Below, in pieces: positions 22,856 to 36,125 of a stretch of 64,000 bases of DNA. The notes beneath the pieces are model-generated. The model searched no databases. It had not been told where the DNA came from and saw only the letters and a program-made list of their open reading frames with translations. How positions within the stretch are numbered: position 1 is the stretch's first letter; each line of letters opens with the position of its first letter. This DNA comes from Lingula anatina (taxonomy: Eukaryota > Animalia > Brachiopoda). Position numbers and translations under genes: made by a program. The stretch spans positions 14,198,001-14,262,000 of the forward strand of contig CM120642.1 of the NCBI GenBank assembly GCA_051362555.1. Direction: 5' to 3'.

Positions 22856-25800
22856 AAAAGCAAGTTTCTCGAAGGATTATAGGATTATCTCCAATAACGG
22901 ATAACACGCACCTTTTAACCGAGTAGTGTGACAAAGCAGGTATCTTGCTTTGTTCGAATGTAATAATTTTACTCATCTATAAGTAAAGGAAATGTGTGGA
23001 ATAAATATATTTATATGTAACAGGAAACGCTTTGTGGAACGAGAGATCAAACAAAGAAGCAACCAAACAAAGAAGCATTTTTAGTAAACGTGACTTAAAT
23101 TGAGGTCACGTAACGGGCACGGGTTAAATCAGGTTAGATATATGTGGGATTGTTTGTGTACTGGTACTTTTAGTTATTTAATGACTTGATGTTCGTGATA
23201 ACATTTAAAACAGTTCACTGCAAAACTTGTTTTAATAAAGCGTTTTATTCGTCCAAGTTAATATTTAGCAGATTGGGGGCGTGTGCGTTGTTCATTATTT
23301 TATAATATTTTAAATGTTATTTCTTTTTATTACACCAATTACCGTGAAATCTGTGACGTAGACCTATTTCCCACATGTGGGTACATTTTAAACACATTGT
23401 ACACAAGATGAATTATTTATTTAATCGGGTTATTACACCGAGTAATTTTCAGTTTTGTTGCATTGGTCTTTTTATGGGGACAACAAAAACAAAAACATTT
23501 CATTCAATTTTGGTTTTAAGATTTAAAAAAATTGCCCGAGCAAGGACCCGATAAGGAGGTCAATATTTCAATTACCCACTCAAGCAAGACGGGGACATCG
23601 ATTATTCACTTGTTTTCGTAAAAACTCTTTTGTGTCGTCAGTTGAAGTGTATTTTCACAGGTAATACGGGGCCACGTGGCGCCGCTAATGTGGTAACTTA
23701 AAACCAAGACCCAGTAAGTATATATTGGTTCCCAGTAACCATATAAAATATCAGCAGCTCTTTCGTTCAATTAACAGGTATATTTTGTCGTGTCCTCACA
23801 AAACCAGTTAAGAATGGGAGAATGGAAAATAACTGTGTTTCATACCATTTTTAAAACCATCATCATCATCATGATATTTATTTAATTGATTTTCTATCAT
23901 TAATGTATTAATCATTAAATATGTTAAGAAATGATCACGGGTAAACTTCTCTCTCAAAAGAAATTAGAAAGTTGTTTTAAGCCCCCAATTATGTCGAGGA
24001 AATTTCATTAACCTCTGACCCACAGCTGTCATGGCGACTGTACGCTACAGAAATGAGCACGGGCAACATGTTAAAGCGAAAATCAGAGAGTATCGGACAG
24101 AGTCAACAAGAAAACGATCGATCGAAAATCACGATCGCATTGAAATGGAAAACAAAAAGTGACGTGAATTATGGTTATTATAAAAACACCTTTCACTGAA
24201 CTCTCTGTTGTTATTGCCTTCATTTGGGTCATTCTGCGAAATTTGACCTCGGCTTATGTGAAAAAAGTACAGTAGATAAGATTATGAAAGAAATGCATAG
24301 CAAGGAAATTGATCCAAGATCACGGCAAAGGTCAGGGATAATAAATCGCGAAAGGTGTTTTCGATTTTTAAATGCATCCTACTTTATATTTCAGGTTATT
24401 TAAAACACCATATCTAACACCAGTGGATAACTGTTAGCGTGTTATTTTCAAAGTAAAAATGTTCGCATAACGTATAAAGAACTTTTTTTTTTATCAAGAA
24501 TAGTGTGTAAACATTTTGTATTGTTAAATTTTATAAACGCATTTGCATTCTTTGATGTTTGGACCTTCAGTACTGAAGAAAGGTACTTGTGGTGAGCACT
24601 GCACTTAAATGTGTGTTTGTTTTCAAATTAATTTTTAAGACTTTTTCGGTCAAAAAAAAAAAAAAAAAAGGAAAAAGAAAAAGAATGACGTCTGTCCATA
24701 TTCCAAGTCTCGCTTTCACAAGCAGCTCAGTTTTTTAAATGTGGCATGTAATTCTAATTGATAACAAATAAACTTGAGAATCAGGACCAAAATCGGCTAT
24801 CTGTACTCTAATATAACACAAAAACATACTTTCATAAATACATACTTGGACTACGTCACGCTGGTAGGTGGGTCCTAGATATAGAAGATCGCCTCTCATG
24901 CCTGTAAGCTCGCTCGTGGAAAATACTTGTCCAGAACCTTTAGTAATCTGAATAATTTTGCAACTTGACTTGAAGATAAAATCTAGATAAAAGGAAAAAA
25001 GATTGTTAAACAGAGTATTCTGAAATCGATATAACGTACATGAAAATCAAATTAAGCTATCATGTTTCTTTATTTTATTTAACCTTTTAAGTCGGACAAG
25101 ATTAACGGGGATTAGTTTGATAAAAAATTCTACAATCGAAAAAAGTTACGTGTTGGGCCTCATTGACGTAATTGAAAGTTATTGCCTGATCGTCAACGAA
25201 ACAGCAGTTTACTCCAAAGGCTTTGTGCTTATTCGCGCAAAACATTTCCACTTAAAAACCAAGAAAGAAACTGGAGACTGGTGATTAAAAAAAGCGAGGA
25301 ATGCGCAAAAATAGAATTAGCAATATCCTGTACTGCACACCGTGAGGCATGTCGTGATCTGTTATCTTTTTGTTCTTTTCTGGTAGTTTGTTACACGTTA
25401 CAAGAATTTTTTTTTTCTGAAGTTGATAGACACGTTTTACGTCAAAGGTACAGCGAAAGAGAAGGTGTTTTCTTACGTGATGTGTCTTAAAGGGAATAAA
25501 AGATGAATTCAAGCTTCATATATAAGATACATGTGCGCGTTTGTCATGTACAAAATATTGTTATTTATGAGCTCTACCCATTACACAAATACACCCACTT
25601 GGTTCTAATGTTCTGGATTGTTTCATGATATACCAGTACAATCTGCATCTTGACTCTATAAGGCACTAGTCAACTGTCGATCTCTCCTTTTTTTTCTTCA
25701 AAAAAGTGGCTGATGTGTCAAATTTTGTTGGATACAAGGAGTTGAGAATGAAATATTCTAGTTATGACAGCTCATCATGTGATAAAAAAGAGAAGGTTTG

Positions 25801-27239
25801 AAACTTCGACAATATGCATGGGCGATAAATCAATGTTTTTAAAATAACCATCTCCTTCTCTTCTTACGGCCTCTTGACGCATTAGACGACAGCTACGATG
25901 TAGATCAAAATAGCGCTTTTATATTTTCAGCATCATTTGTAGGTGGTAATTGGGCTATTATAAGAATGGTTTAAAAGTCACGTTAAAGTGTGGTAGGGAA
26001 AACACCCTAGATGAATACATGCGTGGTCGCTTTTTTTTTCGGAATTTTGCGAAAAAATTAACGGAACTTCCTCCTTTTTTATTTAAGCGTGAAATATTCG
26101 AATTATTTGATGTTATATCGATTCGCGAACAAGTCACTCATAATGTAGATAAAGAGAAGAAATGGGTTGTTCAAAAATTTTGTGAAGAAGCTATTTTCGT
26201 CTTTGCCAATAGAACGCTATTTGAAATGGTCAGAATCGTTAAGAACTGAAGATATACTGTATTACATCTCGAATAATCTTGGTTATTGTTTATGTATGCC
26301 ACCTTTATGTCTCATAAGAATATGGTGAAAAGCAGCAACGAGGTGTCCTCCTTGTAATGCAAGCCAGGGCATAGATATGAAGACCCTCAATCCCCCTATC
26401 GGCCTTTCACGACATCTTCCTGAAACAGTACCGGCACATCCGACAATGATGAGGCCGCAGCTTTTGTCTTCTGTTGGTTCACTGCTGTTTCAGGCCCTCA
26501 CAAGGAAGTGAGTGCTCACAAAACCAGGGACGCAATTCCCTAGGCCAGAAAAATGTACCCTGCTACAGAAGAAAATAGAAGTGCAGGAAAGATGCTCAGT
26601 TTTAGACCCATTTATCTCCCACGTTTTAAATCAGTTACAGTTATGTGGATGCTTTAGAATGCTTACTAAATTTATTTTGCAACAGTCATTACTCTAATTA
26701 AACACCACCCACTGTATACCATAGCGCCAGTCCCTTTAGGAATCACTTGGTCTCAGGTGAGTTAGAGGATATCATTTTTATCTAGGCAACGCGCAACTAA
26801 CACATTTTAAACAGTTCCTTATTTGCTGTGAGTGTTTTTCGAGAATCTTATGTATTTCTATGCAAAATCTGACCAACCATATCAAAACTATTTTTTCTTT
26901 TATCTTTTCAATGATCTACACTAAATTTAAGTAGACAATGTGTGTTGGATGTGTAACTCTTTCCAAAAATGGTTTGTTGATGTTTTTTTCTGATGATTAT
27001 CTTGTAATCCTTTATCTTCCATTTTTTAAACCATGGTATACAAACACATTCCCCCTCTTTAGGTGTTACATTAATCTTTTTCCAAACGGTCAACATAAAA
27101 TAATGTGTCTGTTTTCTGTATTTTAATATGGTCTCCCTGCGAGATTTGGTATTTCGATATTTTCAACCCTCACCAATTTAAATGCTTGAAACAATAACAG
27201 GATACATGCTATTCATACAATTGCAAAACCCGTGTTAAG

Positions 27240-27242
<3 letters not shown>

Positions 27243-27278
<36 letters not shown>

Positions 27279-27290
27279 AGAAGAAGAAGA
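27243..27290. repeat. Compound (AG)n(AAG)n microsatellite
   Basis: Direct reading. Confidence 0.95.
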
Positions 27291-29094
27291 AAAAGAATAA
27301 TAATAAGAAGAAAGTATAAAAGGTATCTAAGCTATGACACGAGGCAGACGCAGTACTTCATCTACCCATAAGACCATCTTTTGGCCCGGATGATGATCAG
27401 TAACACCGAGGTCTAGAAAATATATGCACTTTTTACGTGATTTAAATCTAAATAAGTAATTCCAAATTTTAAAAGAAATTCTAGCCAGACTTTGTCTAAT
27501 CATCTCTGATTATTTAAAATCTATTTCATCTTTTTAGTTGTTCTTTCTCTAAGTTCTATCGTAAAGGTTAAAAGAAAACCATTGCAAGAACTCAGATGAA
27601 AATAATTTTCTGATGTGTTATGTACATTATTTGTAATAATATTTATTCAAATAAGACCTTTATTGTAATATTTGGGAAAGGATATGCTATGACCTTTCAT
27701 TTAGTACGAATTCTGAACAAAAAAAGGGGGCTTGCAGAAAAAATACTCCCCTCAAGAAGTAATTTATTTGATTTCTTAGCTCAAAAAGAAGGTTAACGCA
27801 ATAAATTTCAAGTATCTTGGGTTAAAGAAGAAAGTCTTTTGGTTAAATACTGCTTTTTTATTTCATTTACCCATTCTGTTGTTTTGTACGTTGGACAGAA
27901 GTTACATATTAATCCAACAGCCATAAGGCTAACAGATTTACTATCGAATGATGCTTGAACTTTTTGTTTTGTCCCCCCGGCGCCTACTTTATTCCCGAGA
28001 ACTAATAGCTTGTATTAAGCATCCTGTGTAGCTGAGGTTTCTGCACTTCGAGGGCCAAATAGTTTAAATGGTGATCTGAATTCAATATATTAACAACTAT
28101 TACCAGATTGGTATAACGTTTTAAGTAATATGCTCCCGGCAAAATCATGGTTTAGACTTGTCTACGCTTCTCGCAGTCTGCCCCGGCTGGCACGAAAATT
28201 GCATTAGTTGAGACAGAAACATTACTCAGCTCGTTTAGCGCAATAGATTGTGGATTTGAAACGTCATTTCCATTCAACACCACAGACTACTCTGCTTGAA
28301 GAGACGGGCGGAATTTAATTTTAAAAACTTTGCAAGCTCAGGATATCTTCCCCCCTTTTCAGTATACATGTACCTTACCATCTCCTACAGTCCCTGTCCA
28401 TATGTTGTTTTGTATGTGGTATTGGTATTTAAGTAAAGAACAATAGGCCCTACAGCTTTTTTGAAAGCCAGCATTTAATTTTTTATTTAAGAAAATCATA
28501 TGATTTTATTTACCTTCTTAATTTTTTTCTTATTTTATGGATAAACCAATAATTCCAAATGGAATATGTTAGATCTATACTGATCATGTCCTAGCCATTT
28601 CTTCACAGTTACATTGGAAGTACCAGTGCAGTTTTCTTTGACGCCATCAGTTGATTTCATTTTATTAGATAACATTTTCTCAAACGATTGGGTGTTGTGG
28701 TAATCAAAATGGTTTTCCCCCCTGTCAACATTATTAATTTCACAATCTAACCTATCTACTTGTTATTCTTCTTTCATGTTTGATCTTTAAAACAAAAAAT
28801 AACAACCCTCAAGTTCTTCTCAACATTTATTTTCGTTATGATATAAAAATAGACTTCTTATTTCTTTGACATTTACATCTGTGTGCATGCTGAGCTCTAC
28901 GCAGGGAACTATGTTCATTACTTTGCTCGAAGGATCGTTCATTTACCACGCGTGCTGTCGCCACGTGCATGACGTAACGTGGCAACTAGCCGCATGCACG
29001 TGATACCTAACATTGTGCACCTATGTCATTGTGCAACTGTAAAGTGCGTCTCCCACAACAGCTACGTCAAATGTGAAGATTTGAAAGCGACTGT

Positions 29095-29100
29095 TTTATT
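29095..29100 (-). terminator. Candidate FGF poly(A) signal
   Basis: Minus-strand AATAAA ~1.45 kb past the stop codon, followed by a GT-rich element (GCTGTTGTGGG). Other AATAAA candidates exist nearby. Confidence 0.45.
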
Positions 29101-30545
29101 TCAAACAACAAAAGCAAAGTTCAACGATGAAGACGCAAGAAACTTTACCAACCAGACAACGGGACACTACAATATTTTGTTCCAAATACCACGCACACGT
29201 TACATACAAAACCGTTTTCGTTCTTAATTCGTTCAGATAAAAAATACCAATTGAAAAACAACATTATATTTTTAAAACGTCTCTATAGCTTAGATCACTC
29301 ATGTGTCTAGTCTGTCGTCAAACATATTTGGCAGTTTCATTTCAGTTCTTCGACATGATAGCAGTGTCAGTCGAATAGCACCAGCAATATGAACTGAAGA
29401 AATCTGTTTCAAAGCACTGAAACCTAACAATCTTACCTTGGCTCGCTATATAATTTTGTGATCCAATAATTTTTCATAGACAAGTTGTCCCTTTTATACA
29501 TAGTTTTATATAGAAACAGGTGTAAAAGCACGATTAAGACGGTTTCTTATTGGCTACATATTAGTCTGATTTTGACATTCAGAATCTATATTTCTTAATG
29601 GATGACCGTTTTGCTTATTAACCAACGCAAAAACACGAAGTGCATACAGAATACACAAGAACACGCATTTAAACGCACGTGCCTGTCGCCAGTTGCACCA
29701 TCTGTTTTTCCTTTACAATTGTCTGAATACAACATGCCTCTTATTCCCAATGAATAAATTAATAAATATAACAATAAATATACTCAATAACTTAATAAAT
29801 AAAAAGTCAATTACATCATTACTGTAGATTGAGTAAGCTATTGCCAATCTTCGCCTTTGGTTAACATTGCCATTCGGAGAGTCGATATTCCCTTTGATTC
29901 AAATCAGAGGGGGGCGGCGGGGTCGACATGGGAGGGTGGAATAACATAAATAATTGACGCAGTTTGACAGAGGTTGGGCGGTGCAATCATCGTAATTAAC
30001 TGTAACTCGAATTTTGAATTATTTCCATCCCATTAAAACACAAAGCCGTTTCAAAGCCGTGACTTTGTTCCTTTCTACCCATAAACTCTTGTTTGTTATC
30101 GATCATGGTATTTCTACCACGTTGTCGGGATTAAGGAGATCGTGGTGTTGGTCTTCTATGTCATGTGCAGTTTAACTGTGGCAGTGACTTATGAGACAAC
30201 ATGAAGAAAAAAGAAATGCGTAATGAAAAGAATCATAGAACCCCCTGCCTGAACCGCTCTTTAAGTTTAAAGAGACCATATCTGATCAAAGGCTCAGCCT
30301 AATACAGACATACGCTACTTGCGTACTTAACTCTTTATCCTGTATGTTTTTTATATACAGTGAGCATTTATACACAGTTTTGATTCACAACTTTTGGCTA
30401 ATCTGCGTCTTATCACATAACAACTACATCATTTCTTCTTAGCGAATGCGGGGGCGCGCAGGGCCCTACTTCGATGATGTCAAACCTTGAGAATCATAAA
30501 TATTTTACATATGTACACTATAGCATTATTTCTAGTGGTGAAATG

Positions 30546-31337
30546 TCATCCACTGATAGTCCTGTCTCTGTTTCTATTCTTCCTATGCCTTTTTCCTTTC
30601 CTCTTTCGTCGTTTTCTGTGTTTCTTTTTCCTCCTCCGCGTGGATCGAGACTTTGACGTGTCCCCTCCCCCTCCTCCACATGGGATCTCGGAAGGGTTTG
30701 TGGGACGAACCGCCTGAAGAGCCGTTCTAGACGCCGCATTTTCACCGACATGCTCTGAAATTGTTTCAGTCTTTTGGTTTTGGCTTTGCAATTTCTCGTT
30801 TTGCTTCGCAAGAGACTTGTCATTGCCAGACAGTTCCACAATAAGACTTTCTACGTCTTTTTTGCTATCTTCACTGACAGCCCTAAGGTCTGTTTTCTTT
30901 TGACTCTCTTTTTCAGCGCGGTCCCTATTATTTTTATTATCATTATTATTTTTGTCTTTATTATGCTTCTTATTCCTCTTTCTACTTCGCCCACACCCTC
31001 GCCGCTTGCGTCTGTTGCACCTTTTGTTGTGTTTACTATGTCTAATATGAGGGGTTTCGGTTGTCACAGTAGCCATCGTACTCCCTACGTAGCCAAACAC
31101 CCTCTCGTCACCTCCCTTTGGTGCAAAAACATCGTCTAGGGGTTTTTTAATCCACTGGGCGCGGTCTTGTTGACTCAAAGTTTTCCGTCCCGATCTCGGC
31201 CTTCCGTTTTTGTTCATAGCAATATACCATCTCTTCCTTCCGCTTGTAGAGTTTGTATAATACTTTTTACTGTAAAACACTTCGTAATGGTGAGGAAGGT
31301 ACTTGCTATAAAATAAACACTCGTCCGTTCGGTTGAT
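30546..31337 (-). CDS. FGF: FGF last core exon plus long basic, low-complexity C-terminal tail
   Basis: Poly-T acceptor TTTCAG at 31338; phase 0; INRTDECLFYSKYLPHHYEVFYSKKY...RWYIAMNKNGRPRSGRKT...QWIKKPLD matches the FGF ECxF and YVALNKDGxPRxG motifs. Confidence 0.95.
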   Translation of the reverse strand: MNRTDECLFYSKYLPHHYEVFYSKKYYTNSTSGRKRWYIAMNKNGRPRSGRKTLSQQDRAQWIKKPLDDVFAPKGGDERVFGYVGSTMATVTTETPHIRHSKHNKRCNRRKRRGCGRSRKRNKKHNKDKNNNDNKNNRDRAEKESQKKTDLRAVSEDSKKDVESLIVELSGNDKSLAKQNEKLQSQNQKTETISEHVGENAASRTALQAVRPTNPSEIPCGGGGGDTSKSRSTRRRKKKHRKRRKRKGKRHRKNRNRDRTISG

Positions 31338-34300
31338 CTGAAAAAAAAAAAAGAAAATAAATTAAATTTCTGCTATATGACATTGTTTATGATTGCACAA
31401 AAATATATGTTTGTAAAAAAAAATAGATATCAACAATTATGTTGCGCAGAAGGAAAACTTACATATTAAGTAAGGATCAGAATTTATTTTCGTTTCTTTC
31501 AGATGTGGTGAGGCAGTATATGTTATATTGTTTTCTTTATCTCTATCAAGACCACATATAAATCTGCAACTTATTTGCAGTCTGTAAATATGAAATGAAT
31601 TAAGACAGGAGAGGTCGTTTTTGAAGTTTGCAGCTCCAGACGCGTCGTGGGCCATAATTCATTACGATCAGAAAGCACATCTCTCTGACCTCCAGTTGTA
31701 ACACACGTAATAATAAACTCGACTTTTGTATCGGAAATAAAGCGAAAACCAAACACCTATCAACATCTAATAAATGGAAGTATTGCTTATTGCATTTCAC
31801 TCATGTTTTGCTTTTATTCCGGTCACGTTTTATAGGAGATTGGACAATAAAAAGGTCAGATTGCCTACCGATTATGGCTGAAAAAAATACAAAGGTCAAT
31901 ACACTATCTAAAGGCGACATAAAACAGACCGACTTTTTGTTCTTATGGCCTTTTTTTTCGTCAAAAACATTTTCTTTAATAGTCTGGCTAATCTTATTTT
32001 TTCGGCCATTTTGAACGTGTCTATAAACAAGTGAATTGATGGGTCTACGAAATTTTAATATTTTAAAATCTGTGACAGCATATTAAAATTCTAAAATTTC
32101 ACTTTATTGGTTTATGGCACACCATCCAACAAATGACCAAATACGGACGCTGTTCATCCTGATTTTCGGCGGTGGGGGTGGCGGTAGAGGTGGCGAGGGA
32201 GAAAAGGGAGGGGGGGGCTATATGGTTCTATTAAGCACTTTCTTTTTCAGCCTTATAGGTCATCTAACTTGACATGGGTTACTGATCCCTTATTTTTTTC
32301 TAGCTCGGTTGCATTATGATGATCCGTTTGAAATGTGCGACTTTTATTGTCTAATTACGTCTGATATAGATTTTATACAGTTCTTAACTAGATTAATTAT
32401 TCTACAATCACTGGAGACTCAATGCTGAATAATGGGCAAAGTTGATTAAATCACTTATGTGCATTCTTTCCTGGTCTGCTGAGACTGGTTAAAGGCGTGT
32501 ATGAGTTATTAACGGAACAGAAAAGGTTGGCTTTATCTTGGCCCTGAAAACAATGGGATATACAGCAAGTGTTTGATTGAACGTGTATCGAATCAATAGA
32601 TAACAACAATGTGAGAAGTATTAAATTTTGCTGGGAAATAGACCACTAGTCATCGCCGTGCGCCCACGTCCTTCCTGTTTTAATATCTTGTCCACTTAAC
32701 AGAAATATTATCACGCTGTTGATAAATCAGCTATTTCGAGTGTCGCCTGGTTAGACCCACAATTCACATTTCTCACTCTCGGCCTACCAGAACAAGAGTT
32801 AGGAATTTTCGGCTAACTAGTAAATCTAGATTATTGAAGTGATGCAAATTTTGATCCAAATATATCCTTTTAATAATGTTTCTTTTTATGTTTAGTTTGC
32901 CAGTCTATACCCTTTAATTATCTTAGCTCAGAAAGATCCTTTTATGCTACACCAAACACGTGTTTAATACACTAAAAGCCAGCCGGCCCCTGGTCGAACT
33001 GGCCTCAGCAATGCCTCTAAAGCTGGCCACAACTTATTATAACTTATTATTTTCACCTGTTTTCTGACTACACACGGTTGTTTATGGAATTATGCGCGCA
33101 CGTTTATCCCGTGTTCTCACGACGGGGGCTCCCCGTGCACAAGAGGCTGGGGAATACTCAGTGCAAAAGTCAGATCGAAGCATGTAGACGGCCGATAATC
33201 CTTAAGTCATGCCTTCGGCACTGCACTGGGCACAAGACTAGCCCCTTCAACAGGCCGATAACTGTAATCAAATATTACCTTTAATAAAACATTTATGTCT
33301 TAGCTTGGTCTGGATTTTTTTTTTGTATTTTGCTCCATTTTCTTCTGTAACTTCCCATGAAATAAATTACAAAATAAATAAGTGTGCAACTGCTCCTTTT
33401 TTGCATGAGATTGCACTGTCTTTGTGGGAGCCGATTTTAGATAAAATGCTCTGTGAAATTATTGATGGAAGTAACAGTTCAAGTAAAGACAAAAGTTTCC
33501 ACCTTACCAAGGACAAGCTCATTAAGTCCATAAACAGATCCGGGAAACCGACTAAACGAAAAAAACATCAAAAGTTTCGATTGATTTGTCATGCGTAAGG
33601 CAAGGCAAGACTATCACTGTTTCGATATCAAATAATCTTGTAGGCTCCCCCCCTCCCCGGTCCCCCTGATGTTAACATACACCAGGACAGAGGTAAAAAG
33701 CTGCGTTTCCTCCTAACTCCCTTTGCCACAATTATATCGTCTGCAGGCAGATTTCCGAACTAATCAGCAATGTTTGTGCAATTTATTTCACTTCAAAGGT
33801 TGTTGAAAGATTTACCTTTCCCAAACTGACGTAAAAAGCCTGCGTCTATCTACACAGTCGATTACTTGCATCAAATCCCAATATTTGCTTTACAATTGTT
33901 AGACACAACACGTAGATTGGAGGTGTTGGCGATCACGTTGGTGGGACCACAGAAACACTCGTTCTAACTTAATACCACCAGTTCCAGGATTTGTGTAATG
34001 AAATTGTTGCTCAATGTCACCGATATGTGATACCTCAAAAATATGGTTTGTTGGATGAATTAATAAAGAACATTTTAGTTCTCTTTACATTTATTAAATT
34101 CAGATACTGTAGTCTTTGAAATGAAAAATAAAGGGATGTAAAGTCACGACTTTAAATACAAACTTCTTTAATCTTTGGTGTATTACAAAAGATTTTGTTA
34201 CTATTGTGACTTGCCAAGAATTCGTAAAAAAAACAAGAAAGCGAAATAACGTTGGAAAATGAAAAAAGGCAAAGGTAAAGGAATTTGCCTAACGGCGGGA

Positions 34301-35976
34301 TATATCACGCATGTTTTCAGATCTTTTAAACAGGAGACAACAAATTGAATCAGAGTTTTCCAGCAAAGCGCCAAAATAGATATCAATCCAGCAAATTATC
34401 TTTAAAGCAAGCACCAAACGCGAGCACGGCCTGTTGCCGTCTTTACGCGCGTTGTTGACATGATAGATTAATCTAATTGTTCCTGGCGATATGTTGACGT
34501 ATCTGGGTGTATTGGTGGACTATCTTTAATCGGCGATCTGTTACGTGACGGAGCTTACCCAACTTTAATGATTCGATCAAATGAAAATTATGTTTCACGT
34601 CTTTATCGGTTTCCCATTAACTCTACCTCTACCCTTACGCAATTTTGCCCCCCTTTATTCATCAATAAACACAACACAAACTCAAGGCAGACTTGGCTTA
34701 TATATTGTGAAATTTTACGAGGTCCTCCATATCTATCGGTGGACGATGGAGGCAACCTGGCTAACCTCCTTATCGCCCTTATCTTGAAGTATCGATATAG
34801 GAGTATTGAGACGCCCGCTGAAGACAATGGCCTATCAATACGCAGGCACCAGTGTGATTGGGGCATTCGGTGCAAACTGCTTCAGATAAAGAAGGGATAT
34901 AATATGTAAAAGCAAACAGCTCGGATGGAGCTTGTGATCTAGTAAGTCAGCTGACGCCAAGGTAACCGCATAGTCCGGATACCTATAAGGTGTGAAATTC
35001 ATGCCATTGAGAGGGGGAAGGGTGGGGGGAGGGGTGTTCCGCTAGGACATAGTTCATTAGTTATACAACCACATAACAGAACCACACAAACAATACATTG
35101 GTGGCAGAGCGCGCCGTTATTGTGGCTTCGTGATGCTATTTAAAGACGAATTATTATGTGACACTACAGTGTGGTAACGAGTACAATTCTTAAGTGGTCG
35201 TCCGTGAGTCTGAGCCAGCGGTTCAACCACACCAGTGAGCAACCACAAATAACGATGTCGCACTGGTGAAAAGTTAACCATTTGTTTACAGCGACTCAGC
35301 AAGCAGGACACGCCATGACGGCAGGGCGCACGACAACTTGACTGATCACCACCAGGGCAACGTTTAGAGCAGCGTTCCCACCCCTTACCCTTAACAAAAC
35401 CTCCCTAATCCGAAACGGCGCCTCCAAGTTATACTTTTTCTTCACTAACAGCGCCACGGTGAACTTTTTCCGCTATACATTTGACTTAAATCCGCGATCG
35501 CGTTAACTTTCATCTGTGAAAGATCAGATAGCCAACCCCCTGGTCGCAATAACGGAATTTTCTTTCCATTAAGAGAGAAAAAAAAGAGTGACCTTTCAGC
35601 GTTCCAGCAGTAAATTAACAGGACAGTTTGATTCTCGTCTCTCTTGTGGGAAGCGAAGTGCAAGGGGTAATCGGGATACCCTCCAAATATCTCAAGGTCA
35701 TGAGGTTAACTTTATTAACCTGAAAATTCCCAGTGAGTTAAGTATTATGAAGATGTGCCTCTACTGGGACATGTTTTCGATATTGTCACCGCTCAGTGTG
35801 ACCTGATGCCGCAACACACAATAATTGCACTTCTTTGCCAAAACAATCCAATATGGAGAAGTCGCTCATGTACACGAGAAATTGTTTCTTCAGAGATGTA
35901 TTTCTAAACCCAATCTTTAAAAAATTCATAAAAGTATAAATAAAGGAAAATTCAAGATAATTCAATCAATACATAC

Positions 35977-36125
35977 CCCTCCGTACAGACGTCCTCTGTT
36001 ATCCATGCACAGATATCGCGAACTTTTAATCCCCTGTATGCTTAGCACTGTCTGTGCAGGTTTTTTCTTATCGGCTGGCCATTTATATGCCATAGAAGTC
36101 AATACTGTGATAAGATTCAATATAC
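35977..36125 (-). CDS. FGF: FGF middle core exon (149 nt)
   Basis: TTTTTCAG acceptor and GTATGT donor; (G)ILNLITV...VLSIQGIKSSRYLCMDNRGRLYGG is the canonical FGF V.I.G..S..YL.M...G.LYG motif; phases 1/0 fit both neighbouring exons. Confidence 0.95.

Noticed and set aside
24022-25666. miRNA-like matches outside the putative RNA (miR-1989-like at 24023, miR-124 8mer at 25659)
   Set aside because: Upstream of the inferred TSS and isolated; they illustrate the chance background for single seed hits.
30474-31139. Overlapping ORFs (107 aa minus; 60, 76 and 121 aa plus) at the FGF last exon
   Set aside because: Shadow frames of the purine-biased FGF tail.
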